A DNA stretch of 64,000 nt from the human T2T-CHM13v2.0 reference genome, Homo sapiens (GCF_009914755.1 NC_060933.1); one strand, 5' to 3'; positions 30,480-45,639 are shown, counted from the first letter of the stretch. The notes: a model not told the origin generated them from the sequence alone. A program made the numbers and translations.

Positions 30480-30820
30480 CCCTGCCTCAGGGCCTTCGCA
30501 TTTGCTCCTTCCTCTTTCTCACTTTATTCAGGTCTCTGCTCCAAGGTCACCTCCTCAAGTGAGGGCTTTGTTGATCACCCTACCTGACATAGCCCCTGTC
30601 CCTCCATCCCCTGACCCTGTTTTATTTGTCTGTGGAGCACTCCCCACTACCCAATTTTACATTAAGTATATTTACCTATTGATTTTCTGCCTCCTTTCAG
30701 CCCTTGCGATGAGTACCCTGTCTGTTTTACTCAGCCTTATATCTCTAGTGCTGGAACAGTGCCTGACACACAGTACGTGCACAATAAATACATGCATCAT
30801 GTGTGATGAATTAGACTGAA
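30480..30820. mobile_element. L2 3'-end fragment
   Basis: ctcagggccttcgcatttgct…cagtgcctgacacacagta…aataaata. Confidence 0.6.
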
Positions 30821-30881
30821 TCAGGTTCTGAGAAGTCAAGAGAACCTAACCCAAAAGGAGATCAAAGGAAGCAACCCTTAC

Positions 30882-31067
30882 ATCCTCAGACTCGAAGACG
30901 TGGCAGATCATCTTGTACTGCCTTTTCCCATCCTGGGATGGGTGGGACGCTTCCACGTTCTCCTGGGAGTTGGAGCGAGGCATCCGCCGGCGGGCCATCA
31001 GCACAACGATGTTCCCAATGTCCGCAATGTAGGAAATGGTCCTCAGAGGGTGGTCCATCATTGTCTC
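30882..31067 (-). CDS. APBA1: APBA1 coding exon (inferred exon 8), 186 nt, [18 protein letters not shown]...CHVFESED
   Basis: Acceptor ctccag| and donor |gtaagg; PTB; overlaps ORF 30846..31061. Confidence 0.97.
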
Positions 31068-31687
31068 CTGGAGGCAGGAAGAGAGGGCGGGTAAGTCCAG
31101 CTCAGCATCTAATGACCTAAGAAAGCGCCTGCCACCTTACAGCCAGTCAAGTATGGTTCGCATGCAGGGTGGGCTCCAGGGCTCACTGCAAAGCCCATGC
31201 TGAGGGATCAACGGATACCCACCCAGGCCGGAGGGCATTTCCCTTAGCTAATCAAGAGCAGGAAATGATCTGTGGCAGGTGAAAAGAAATAAGAAATTCC
31301 AAACAGTTGAATCTCTTGTGGAGAAGTTTAAAAAAAAAAAAGACAAATCAAAATGGCAGGGCTGTTTCTGTTTTTGTGTGCGTGAATGTAAGAGATTTTA
31401 AATAAAATTTCTTAAAAGACAAATTTGTTCACATTAATGAATTCTCTGATTAAAATTTCTGAAAATGCTAAACGTCATCCATGTCTTAGGGGTGTTTTTG
31501 GGCTTTAAGAAAGCAATCCCAAACCCCACCCAGCAGCAGGCACTGTGAACACCACCTTCTAGCTCACTGGGGCCCAGAATCTAGGGACAGCTGCTCTACA
31601 GACACATGCCTGCTCTACAGACACATGCATCTCTGAGTTACGATGTCACTAAGCTTCACCCTGGGAAAGGTGGAAGCCAGCTGATAC

Positions 31688-31774
31688 CTGTGTGTCGGCG
31701 TTCAGCACTTTGATTCTCTGGGTAGAAATGAAGAGATCCACTTCAGTCATTGGCTGAGATTCGCCTTCAGGAGC
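31688..31774 (-). CDS. APBA1: APBA1 coding exon (inferred exon 7), 87 nt, [29 protein letters not shown]
   Basis: Acceptor ttctcag| and donor |gtatca; PTB. Confidence 0.96.
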
Positions 31775-32790
31775 CTGAGAAGAAAAAATGCACCAAGAGA
31801 AAGTTTGACCACACTACCCTGACCCAGATGCAGAAGGAGTAAGGTTAGCTCACACAGAGGCACCACGACACAGTCACCAGAACAGCAATACAGACTCTAG
31901 GGTTAAACTGCCAAAGCTGAAGTTACCACACAGAGGATGGACACATGGACAAGAGTTAGCACCTCTAGGTTACAGGGAAAAATGCGGAATCCCCTTTTCT
32001 TCTTCCCCTATAGAAGCAGTAACTCACTGCAGTAGATTTCACTCTTTGAACGATGATGGCAAGTGGCCCTCTCTGTAAGGGTTTTGGAGCCCAACAGATT
32101 GAAGAAATAGGCCAAAAAGCTCATACCAAAAGACCTTGGGGAAGTCACTTAGAATTTGCCTCTGCTTGAGCTGATAGGAGACAATGTTTATAGCAGCTGC
32201 AAATGAAGCCATTTGGATGCAGTTCTGGTAAGAGGGTCTTTATGTTTACATATCACCCAGCAACACAGAAGCAGTCCTGAAGCCACCCCATTAAGAAAGA
32301 GCCCCAATGCCTCAACGTCCCAGGAGTAGTAGCTCATAAGCACCTAGAAGCTCCACAACCAAAAAGCGCAGTCTGGTTCATTTAGGGCTTAACTCTGTAC
32401 ATGTGTGGTTATTAGCGAGTTTTCTTTTTTGCATCCAGCAATCTGACAAATCCACAAATCAAGCATAACTATAATCAAACAGACTCAAGTCCCTGCCACA
32501 TCGATGCTCCTGAATGTTTGGAACTTCCATACTACTATACGATTCATTCAGCGTCTCCAATCTGCTCCCTGTCGTTCCTCTGAAGTGAAATGACTAATGA
32601 GCAACAGAAAACGGCCACCTTCGGCAACTGAGTTTTGAGAAACGCTGGCTTATGGGGCGGTTCAAAAAGAAATCTGAACAAAAACTTGCTGGATGCAGAA
32701 AACAAAAACACGAAAATATAAAAAGGTAAAACAGAAACGAATGAAAAGAACAGGCATAACACCAAGCTGATGAAGTTGTTTGTACTGCAC

Positions 32791-32823
32791 CTTCTTCCTG
32801 CTTTTGGCTAATTTCTGGGCCAT
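32791..32823 (-). CDS. APBA1: APBA1 33-nt exon (inferred exon 6), MAQKLAKSRKK, basic insert in the PTB domain
   Basis: Acceptor taagcag| and donor |gtgcag; symmetric phase 0; matches the X11alpha sequence between SRIK and APEGE. Confidence 0.92.
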
Positions 32824-33079
32824 CTGCTTAGCATGGAACAAACAGAGACAGGAGAATAGTTAGAAAGAATGTGTAGAGACTCAAAGTCAAAAAGGGAATT
32901 GACAAACTAATACTGAATAGTGGCATAAAGCGTTTCTGTGGGAGGAGGACTGGCTTTTAAAAATCCCAGTCTAAAGATAATCAATGTCGTAATTCAGAAT
33001 TTAGTATGTGGGAAGTGGTGAAGTGAGACAAAGGAAATGTGTTGCAGTGCTTCTTATACTTAATTGCAAGTGATCTTTC

Positions 33080-34210
<1,131 letters not shown>

Positions 34211-34269
34211 TAGTTTACACCTAACTAAAAATGGATGTACCATTCTCCCTTTTGCTCACAATTAAAAGA

Positions 34270-34520
34270 CAGCATAGTTGATAAAAGCAGAGCGTGGGGC
34301 TGGATTGTCTAAAACCAAGTCCTGGCTCTGCCACTTACTAGCTGTGCAACTTTGAGGCAAGCCACTGAACATCTCTGTGCCTCAGTTTCTTCATCTGTAA
34401 AGTGAAGATAAAAATAGTATCTACCTCACAGGGATATTTTGAGGACAAAATGAATACATGCAAAGCTCTTCAAACAGTGCCTCATACATTCTAAGCACTA
34501 TATTTGTGTTTGCTGTTATA
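34270..34520 (+). mobile_element. MIR
   Basis: cctggctctgccacttactagctgtg…ctctgtgcctcagtttcttcatctgtaaa. Confidence 0.8.
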
Positions 34521-35262
34521 TGATTATAATTGACCTAGGTCATGATGCAATTTCTTGCCTTTTGCTAAGACTTGCTATTTATACAGATCTTGTACAAATA
34601 ATGGCAAGTCAATGGCCAAACTGCAGACGCTATTGTGGTAATGGGATTGGGGTGGAGGAAGAACTGCTCTCTCATATTCCTGGGTACTCACCTGGTAGAA
34701 AAGCTCCTCTGCTCTCAGCAGCACATCTCTGTTTCATTAGTGACTAAAATATGTTGCCTATACTACCTCATTGTAGAGAAACTGGATAAGTCAGCCATCC
34801 AGACACCACATAGCGAATCTCTGGTACACCCGGGAAACCAGGGCAACCACACTCCCACACAGATGCCCTGCTGTTCTTACTGGTCGCCATGAGTTCACAG
34901 TGAATAGTCTGCTCTGAAAAAGTTTGAAGGTAGCAACTCTGTCATCCTGACTGCTGCACATTACAGTGGGAATAGTTCTGCATCTGAGAAGTGACCCTAT
35001 GCTGATGTTATGCCATGCCACACCACGAGGATTCCCGTGTGGAACCCCAGAGTCTGGCCAGGGATGTTCGGACTGGCATCAGTTATAATCTGCATAACTG
35101 ACAGCTGGGAGATCTTTAATGTTTGTTTTTTACTTCTCCTGAAATGATATGGCAGTAATATAGGAATTTCCATTACTTTGGATCCCAAACCCTAACAGCT
35201 GTTGGTCAAAATTCTTCAACTCTAGGGAACCGATTTGAAATAACTCTTTCAAAAGGAAATAG

Positions 35263-35665
<403 letters not shown>

Positions 35666-36087
35666 CGAAACAGTTTTTATGAAGTTAAAAATATTCTGTG
35701 GATTTAGAGTAATACCATCTTTAAATCACTCATGATATCCAAGTACCCTGCAACAAATTATAATTTAAAATTTAAATATAACATCACAGAAGATGGGAGA
35801 GTTGGAGCCAGAATGAGAAATTAGGGTAGCAGAAAGGGGTCCAAGAGAAACATAAGGCCAGCATGCATTTTAAAGCCAGGAATGACAACATCTATTTAAA
35901 CCCTCGTGTTTCATGGGATTGATCATGGTTTACCACGTGGCGGGGTGTAGTGCAAAGGACAAACTGCAGCACCCCCCACCCCCTTACTCCATCCACAATG
36001 TGTACTGAGTTTCTGCCGCTGTTAACACACTCTAGATTAGTCGTGCCAGGGATGCTCCTGACTGTTCTATCTTTTCTCTCCCCACTG

Positions 36088-36372
36088 ACATTTACTGAGA
36101 ACTTGCTATGTGCCAGAATCCTTCAAAGTATTTCACATAAATCAGTGTAAAAGCTTACAACACCCCTGTGAGCTACTACCCTGCTAGATGGTAAGCCATG
36201 ATCAATCCCATGAAACACGAGGTTTAAGTAGATGTTGTCATTTCTGCCTATATTATGTTATCCTCATTTTTCAGAAGAGGGAAATGTGGCACAGAGAGGC
36301 TAATTAACTTGCCCCAGGTCACACAGCTGTGAAGTGGCAGAATAGAGATTCAAACTCTGGCAATCTCACTCC
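36088..36372 (-). mobile_element. MIR interrupted by an inverted templated insertion
   Basis: catttactgag…acccctgtgag [insert] …cagagaggctaattaacttgccccaggtcacacagct. Confidence 0.75.
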
Positions 36373-37419
36373 ATTGTAAACCCCTAGTTGTGCAACTGGG
36401 GCAAGCATGTCATCTGTAAACTTCTCCATTTGTCTATACCATGGGGTTAACAACACCTACCTCACAATGTTCTCTACCCCATCCATTTTGAGGAGTAAAT
36501 GAGATTGAGATAATGCATGTGAAGGGCCTAATACTTTACTGATCATAGATTTCTTCAACTAAGCTGGGAAATGCTACAACTTAGGCAAAGCTATAATGAT
36601 AGACATTTTACTTCTACAATGAAATCATAATTTTGAGAAAATCATAAAAGAATGAAAAAAATCTGATCTTTGGGACAGGCTAGTTAAGATGAATATATGA
36701 ATATTTGATAATGAATGCAGCTTGCCAAAATGCATGGACCACAAGATACCTATACACCATTTGTAATCTAATCTAATTGCATTAGCTTCACAAATACAGG
36801 AAGAATGGAGACACAAACACCACACTCTGGGTGGATGGACATGAAGCAGTCTCTGTGGTTCAGGTAGGGCTCAGCAGGCCACCCTATCTTCTGGTTGAAG
36901 AGCAGAGAATGAAGTGGGAATGAGAGTGGAAGGCAAGGTGGAGATGCAGTGGAGAACAAGGAAGACAAATGAGCTCATTGTGCTGGCTTCCAGTCTGGCT
37001 TTCTCTAGAAAGGGGTAGGCATGAGTCCCACGTTGTTAGGGGAGAGATGTGTTTCTATCTACGGCACATTAAAGACTGACAGCACATAGGACAAAGCTCT
37101 CTCTAGAAGTTTCTCCCAAAACATGTTCCAGAGAATACTACCAATGACAGGTATCTATCACATGGTAACAATGTATTCTGTGCTCAAATAAGTATGGGAG
37201 CTGCTAGTTAAAGTGAATGAAATCTTCTTAGTGCAGGACTTCTCAGAGCCTTGAAGAGGAAGACACCTGTAGCAAATGTCCGAAAAGGAGGTCTATTTTC
37301 TTGAGCTTATTTGCCAGTGGAACTCTATTAATGACAAGCACTTAGCCTGACTAGAATGCTACAGGGCACAGTGGGAGGAAAGATGCTTCACACACTGGCG
37401 GGTCCACCTTTCTCTAAGG

Positions 37420-37607
37420 CAGTGGTTCCCAAACGCTGGTGCAGAGCAGAATCTCCTGGAGGGTTTGTTAAAACACAGACTCCTGGGTGCCACCTTCTGA
37501 GTTTCTGACTCAGTAGGTTTGGGGTTGGGCCTGAAAACCTGTACTTCTAAGAAGTTTGTAGGCAATGCTGATGCTACTGGTCCAGGGATCATGCTTTGAG
37601 AACCAGG
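37420..37607. mobile_element. MER5A-like DNA transposon
   Basis: cagtggttcccaaac…gtttctgactcagtaggttt…ctttgagaacca. Confidence 0.7.
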
Positions 37608-40600
37608 GCTCTAATGCAATCCCCTAAGGTATATGGGGGCTCTCTGGAAGGATATTACTTCTCAAAAATGATGACCAACAAAGGCAGAATGAACACATTA
37701 GGGAGGGACCAAAGACCAAAACAAAACAAAAAAATGTTTAATGACAGATGTCTTCTAATTCTGCTATTGTGCTCAGATATGTCATCTCTTAAATTGTGGT
37801 AGATGGAAAAGCCTTTAAATTTCAGAGCCCTCAGCTTACCTTGTATTTTTGTTACCTAACATTCTTTTTGGCTTGTTTTTACTGCAAGTTTCTCAAGCTC
37901 AAGAACTGTGTATTGGTTAAATTTATTCCTAAAGGGCCTATCACAGGAGTCTGCACAGCAACAGTTGGCATTTGGGGCCAAATTCCTTTGTTTCTTTTCA
38001 CATTAAGTAGAAAATACCTGGCCAAACCGCAGCTCCAAATTCTCTCTCCATGTGGCAAAGGAATCTTGTAAATTTTTTGTTAAATTAAGAAAACAGTAAT
38101 TTTCAAAACCCCAAGTCCAAATCCAATAAGCAATGTTCAATTTTAGTATACAGTTGGTACTACATGAGTGGCGGACACCACAATCGACAAATGGAAGAGA
38201 AATTAAAGACTACTTTGAAATGGAAACCTAAGCTTCAAGGTCAGCGTCTGTTCAGAGATAAAGCACCACGAATAACAGGGCGCGTGGTGAGCAGTTCTCA
38301 TTCACATCCAGTCACATCCATCTGGTCAAACAAACAATGTAGGCAGAGGAAGAGAGGGACAAAACGGGGGTCCCTGCAGGGAGTGAGGGAAGAAGGAGGA
38401 ATCAGAAAACAAAGGAGGAAACTACCCCCACCTTTGTTTAGGTGAAAGTGCCAAGCCAGAAATTACTAATCAGATTGGGGTTAAGGACATTGCTAAATGG
38501 ATTGCAAAATAAATCCACAGAGCTTTTCTTTCTCCTTCCTTCCTGGACGGACGCTATAAAGTCTGCAGCTTTGCTGTGCTCTACGTCCTTTCTGTCAAGG
38601 TGGCCTAGAATAACTTGTCCTGAAAGGTCAGTCTCTCTTTAGGAAACAGCGTGGCACCATCTTCCTTACAGAGCAGTGTCTCCCAAGCACATGTGGGCAC
38701 CTGGTGCAAGCTCCTTCCACTTGAGCCCAGCCCAGCCTGCTCAGGATCAGCACTCTTTGCCCCCAGCTTCCCTTTGCATTGATGAAGTCCGTGTACGCTC
38801 CCTGACACAGTCACTTTTTGGAGAGTGCTGACTTAAACAGGCATCTCCATTTACACTTGGAAAAGGCTTCTAGCTGGATATAACGTCAACCAATCTGATA
38901 AGCATTTTAATGGATGTAAAAGGAACATGAAACAGAAAATATTTAATGACAGGCAACAGTTCCTTCCAATGCATAGATGCACATTGTAAAATGATACTTA
39001 TAAGTTATAAATGAAATGTAACCATTTAATTTTACCACTCTATAATGAATTCCTCACGCCAGAGTAATTTGCTTGTAAAAATAAATCTATGTTTTCCAAA
39101 TGCCTATTCTGCTCTAGGCAGGTCTAAAATGTATTTATAATCAGAAAGCCTCTATCTTGGTTGTTCTGATCAACAGAGCCATCTAATTTTTGATTCAAAT
39201 GAACTGTGGAACTTCGGGATACCAATCCTTTGGAAGCTTTGAAGTAAAATCTCTGATTTCTTATGAGGCAGCTGGACTTTAAAGAAGGAATAACAACTCT
39301 ATAGGACACCACTTTGGAAATAAGAAAATGTAATTCACAATATAATTGGCACTGACGAGCTTTGGTACAGGGATGCTGTGTACCCCGAACATTGCTTTAC
39401 GTTCAAGTGATGTGCCCCGTGCCCGCTTTTTCCCTGTAAGGCCATCTCAGCACTACCTAAGTGCCATAAGGGGACTGGAAAGGCATAAATGTTCTGTCTG
39501 TAGGAGTCCAAAGCTATCAGAGGGCTAATAAACAAGGTGTCCCAAATGAAACCTGAACCTTAAAATGTTTGAAGCCTTGATGGATAGAACCTAGAAAAAA
39601 CTAACCTCAAGGCAACGTGCAGTTTTCAACCTCAGAAGTCTTCAGTACTCCTTTGGGGGCAGACTGCTGCTTTATTCTGGAAGATACGCCTGAACGGGCT
39701 CTGGGTAGCATTCCTTGATAGGGGCTCTTTGGCATTTTGGTAGAGATAAAATCTTTGTTTTGTGGCTCTGCCCTGGATGTTATAGGGTCTTGAGCACACC
39801 TGGCTCTGGCCCAGAAAATGCCCCCAGTCATGGTGACAAGCAGAGGTGCCCCCACTCATTTCCAAACACATCTTATGAAGGCAGTCCCTGTCTATCAGAG
39901 ACCCCAAGTGAGGCACACCAGGCTTTTGTGCTTCCACCAAACCTGGGGAAGCTAACAGCACCATTCACCTGGAAGCCCAGGTGGCATATCTGGTACCCAT
40001 GGGGCACGTGGAGTCAGAACTATGTCTCTATGTCTCTTTGATTTAAAGTTCTCTGCTTTATACAAAATAGGACGTGACTTTGCCTGAGAAGCAGCTTGCT
40101 CTCTCTGAGAGGTTTGTGGGTTGTTGTTTTGAATGCTGTGCCTGGAAGACAACTAAATTAAGATGGAGAAGACCTTGGGGAGGCTTGCTGGCACAATGTC
40201 ACTACTTCGTGGAAACAGGAAGACAGTGAAAGGGAACTAGGCCAAGCTTGGATGGGCAGCTCCCCAAGAACATGGTGATGTTCTATCCGTAGCATTGTTT
40301 AGTCTCAAAGTCCCAAAAGGTATGAAGGTCAGACTGTCTCCACGGAGTTGTCCTGTTGGGAGCCATGGGGCAAGACACATCTCTTTGGGTAGGGGGTGGG
40401 GCTTCCCCTAAAAGAACTGGACCTTCCCACTGTCCATCATTCTGGGAGAGGCTAATTTTAGAAGAAGACAAACACCACAGAAATGGGCCTTATGGCAGCA
40501 GGGCCTCTGAGGCACAGGCAAGGTTTGTGTGCCCCAGATGAAGTGGCTGAGTGGATCCCTGACACACGGAAGGAACTAAAAGGTCCTGTCAGTAATCCTG

Positions 40601-42457
40601 ACACTAGGTCTGGCCTAGCAGGGTTGTGACAACAGTCACTCTTGAGGCAGTTGCAAATCACTCCTCCCTGGTTTATAAAAACATCGTAGTCATGTCAAAA
40701 GTTACGGCATGGGCTTTACTGTCCTAGGAGGAGTTAAGAGAAGGGCCAGCTCTGAGCTTGGGGGAGAAGCATTTTCTCCAAGTACAGAGAGGTGGTCAGA
40801 TCAGTGGGTGACACACAGAGGCCCAGCAGCAGGAGCGGCAGTGAGCAGCCTGAGGAGGAAGCCATGAGAGGGACGTGGGGCCATTCACACAGCATCCTGG
40901 GAACTGCAGGATAACTGGACAGCTGAGGGTTCAGGCGCATCATATTTACGGTGTTGGTGATGGTATGAGCTATTCACCACATGGCAGAGTCTGGACACGT
41001 GACTAACGTAAGAATCAGCTTGGGCATGAGGCCCAAACCAACTGCCTCTCCTCTGCAAGCACCTCTTGGAATTGTTGGTCACTTACTGTTCCTTTCTACC
41101 TCTCAGGCAGAAGGCAGTGGTCAGAGGTGTTCGCATCTGCAGGCTTCCCCTGCACTCTGGTGGCACTCGGCCTCTGACACTGTCCTCTCCTTGGGCACAC
41201 CCCACACACTCCCTGGCTTGCTTTGTCATTCCCTCATTCATACTGCTGAGCTTGAGAACAAGGATCTCACTTTATCAGCTACTGTTTTTCCTCCCTGCCA
41301 AGACCCTGCACAGCTCTTCATGCCTAAGTGCTCAAGGAATAATTTTTTCTTTGATTGCGAGATCAAGGATTCTCAGTTACTGCGGTCTACCTGTCCCTCT
41401 TTCTCCTTCCACGTTACCACACAAACACCAGGGTGCAACCTGGGAGTGTGTGAGAGAGAAGGTATGAAATATGGAATGGCTCCTTGAGGGAAGAATCCAT
41501 TTTGACCAGTTGAAACTGGATAAAACAGACTCTTACAAGTTCTAACCTATTCCAACTTGCTGGAAATACCTGGTCCTGGACTTCTACCATGATGCTGTCC
41601 CTAGGGCTCTAGGTGACAGTGGCCTCAAGGCTCGGGGAGGCTGCCCAGTGGTTCCAGGTGCTGGTGGCACAATGGCATGTGGATGACATAAACACACCTT
41701 AAGTGTTCCTGGAGTCCTGGTTTGCCCATGATTCTAGGTAGTTTTGGTATCGTGGTGGAGATTCTAGAGCTCTGTGTTGCTGCATTTATTCATGGGAATA
41801 AACCAGTTCTGGATGGTTCAAACTAGTTGTGAATGACTTAAACCAGATAAGAGTGGTTCCTCCTGGATCAAACAGGCTCGTTCCTTTTATGTCTTGATTA
41901 ATGAGATTCAAACATGTTATGATTGGCTCAAACTAGTTTAAACTGGATTAGCCTTGCACTGACCTTAGACTAGCCAGGTTAGATTTGATCAAAGGGTTCA
42001 TTTTCCTTGAAGCAAGCAAGTTCAATCTAGCTTGAACAGGATGGGCTGGTTCAAAAGCAATGCCACCTAGTTTAAACCAACTCTGTAACATGAATGTTTG
42101 CCACTGACCTCCAGCTGTCAGTGGAAATCCAGTGGTACATGTCTTGCACTTGAGACATAATACTCAAAACGGCATCCTTCCTCATTACACCAACTTTTCA
42201 AAGGTTGTGATCATGAGCACTTCTTCTCAAGACTGGCCATTTATAACAACCTAAATAGATCATGTTTGTATATAAAGACTCCAGTAGATTTTGGAAATTT
42301 TTGTTTTGTTAGCAGGCACATGGATAAGCACTGCCTGTGTGATGTCATCTCAAACCACTCTCCTCTAAACTATATGTGGAGTTGTGGCCAGTGTTGTAGA
42401 CTGCTCCAGTGCCTACACCAGCCCCCTGTCCCTGTTGGAGCACCCAGATGTCCTCAC

Positions 42458-42603
42458 CTTGATCCTGCTTACGGCTTCCTGGGCCTGCATCATGCGCACG
42501 TTTTTGGAAGGAGTTTTGTCTGAGAGCAGCTGAGTGGAGCCAAGGTAATTGGCGGCAAAAATGATTCCATCGATCAAGTCTTCGGGGTCGCAGGGTCCCG
42601 GAA
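42458..42603 (-). CDS. APBA1: APBA1 coding exon (inferred exon 5), 146 nt, PTB start (V)[23 protein letters not shown]...EAVSRIK
   Basis: Acceptor ttacag| and donor |gtgagg; lies in ORF 42413..42622. Confidence 0.97.
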
Positions 42604-43470
42604 CTGTAACACATAGAGCCACAGTGAGGAAGCCATCCTGGGGTGGGGCCTGCCAACCCCCTCAATGGCACATCTCCCCTCTCCCATGCCTCACTGCTGG
42701 CACAGGTGAGGCAGAGCCAACCTGCTGGTCTGAGGCATCTCTCTGTGTCTATCTGCACCCACACCTCATTTTCAAATAGAAGGCACAGTTTCTAAAATAT
42801 TTTGCTTCTCTAAAACCATTTACTATGGAAAGTGATGCAAATATTTACTTAAACATGGAACATAAAATTCAGCAATAAAGGATACTGTTTCTCCTGTTAG
42901 ACTGTGAGCTCTTAGGGGACAAGGACCATGTGACATTCACCTCTGACTCTCTTGTCTTACTGTCACCCAGGTGGTATCAACTAGATATTTGCTGGATAAA
43001 TGCTTAAGTAACTAGATGGCTGTCTTTTTAGAAAAGCTTTTTACAGCAATTCCTATTACTTGCCCCCCCCCATTCATATCTCTTCCTCCATTTAATCCAT
43101 AATGGAAGAAACAAATTTATAGATCAGAAAAATAGGATATCTGTTTCAGAATGTCTGGATTCCTGTAATGGCTTCTGACCTCAATTGTGCAAGACAGATA
43201 ATGTGACCTCAAAGCCACAGTCCCATGCTGTCAATCTTGTTCACTTACAGGTTATAATGTTCTTGGCCTGTGCCCACACATAGACAGATTCCAAGGAAAA
43301 TCAAATTTTCTGTTCTATTTTACCAGCCTTTTAAGTCAAACCTGTTTTAAATATTTTAATTGGGGGCACCTGTTTCTAACCACAATTACTTGTAAACCCT
43401 AACTCGAAATTAAAACGTGTCTGTGATTAATATATAACTGTATAACAGTCTACTTAAAAAGGCATTTTAA

Positions 43471-43795
<325 letters not shown>

Positions 43796-45639
43796 TTGTG
43801 TATTTTATTTGACTTGACTGGTACATCTGCAGAGACTAAAATATACATTTTAACCCACTGTTAAAACCTCAGGGTCTTAAATTAGGTAACTTGTAATGGA
43901 AACAATTTGCTTTTTCCTCTTGGAAGGCTAATCTGAAATGCTTTTTATTTTTATCCTTAAACATCAAGCTCATCTTGAGTTTACACAGCTGCTTCCTGTG
44001 CTGAACTACTTATCAGAGTAAAGATGTAAAATAATCTACTCATTTTTCTAAAACTAAGGTGGTGCTTGAAACAGAGAAATTAAAAGTGTTTTAGGAAAGG
44101 CTTTCACAAAGCATCTATGTAGTAATTAAATAAGGAAGCCTGTTATTTGTCTTATTCTCCATTTTTATAAGCAAGACTTTGAAGCTAACACTGTGAGTGG
44201 TACACAGACAAATCTGCCTCCACTCCACACCAGTAATTCACACTCTACTCAACAGCCACAGGGGCCCGCTCTGAATCTTTTATAGATGTGAGATGGATTC
44301 GGGCTATATATGATATACAGTTTCAGTTGTATAGCAGGGAAGCATACAAAATAATATATGAACAGGTCTGAATCCACATTACACTTTATATAAAGTAAAA
44401 GATTGTCAGTTCTTCTATGATAAGTTCCTGGTGATGCATTTATAGTGTTATGGAAACATAATCATTATTGCCAACCAGATATGAAGAAGAACGATCTCAT
44501 CTGGGATATGAACTTTTAAAAGTCTTCCATCTATTTTTTAAAAATCAATGTTAAAAGAAAACAAAAATTAACTACCTTCTCTACGGGACTTCTAACATCA
44601 TATATTCTCTGATTTGGCGCTATTCACTGAGAAGGTCCCTTTTTGACTACAGTAAGTGTGGGTATGGGGATATGTTTAAAAGCAATCCAAATTATATTTA
44701 AATGACTGTAGAAATGCCAAGCATCCAAGACACACAAATATCAGACCTAAACACCTTTTGAGATATGGTCTTATGTCATTTATCCTTTCAGGAAATTGAA
44801 TATAATTGAATATCACTGTCATCGCATCACACCCAGAAAAATAAAAGCCCCAATTTCATAAGTTCACTTTGAGCTCAGGGATAGTATATTCTTACAAAGT
44901 TAAAAAAAATTAAACCCTTAATGATCCTATGTCAGAGAATTGCAGGTTTTCTTTTGGCCTTTCGGAACATGGTTTCCCTTTAGTGCTGCCTTCGGATTGC
45001 TCTGTGGATGAGGGAGCACACATGTGACATCCTCATACTCAGGCTAATGCTGAGCCTGAAAAATCCCTAGGCCTGGGGGATGAATATGAAGACGGGAGCT
45101 TTCAAACTTCAGAAAACTTCCCAGAATGCTCTCACAGAATTTCAGGGCCTCACAAAAATGATGCAAATAATTTACGATGATTCAAGAGAGAAACCTAAGT
45201 AACTAAACCAAAACTGTGAGCTTGTCCTGGGCTTTGAGCCCAAGGGTTCATGAAGGTTTATGAGCCCTGGTAACCCTTTCCCAGGCAGTGGAACACAATG
45301 ACTGTTTACGCACAGGATCCAAAGTCCAGACACACCCTCAGAGAGATGTCTGGGCGTTCTCTGGCCTCCAGAAAAGCCTCCTTCAAGGAAATGGCGATGC
45401 ACCCAGGTGGACCCTCAGCATCACCTCTAGCCAGAGAGTGAGTGCCTCTTTGTGAATGAGAAATGATGCCTGATTTGGTGCCCCATTTGGATGGTACAGT
45501 CTCCAGCTGGAGTGCAGAGCTTGGCGGAACTTTGGCCCCACCTGGCCTTAGAGTAGGTGCCCTTGTGCAGTGAGTAACCTGCACAACCATGTGTGGCAGC
45601 CCCACAAAGACACCGGTTTCCAGAGAGAAGTATGGTGCC

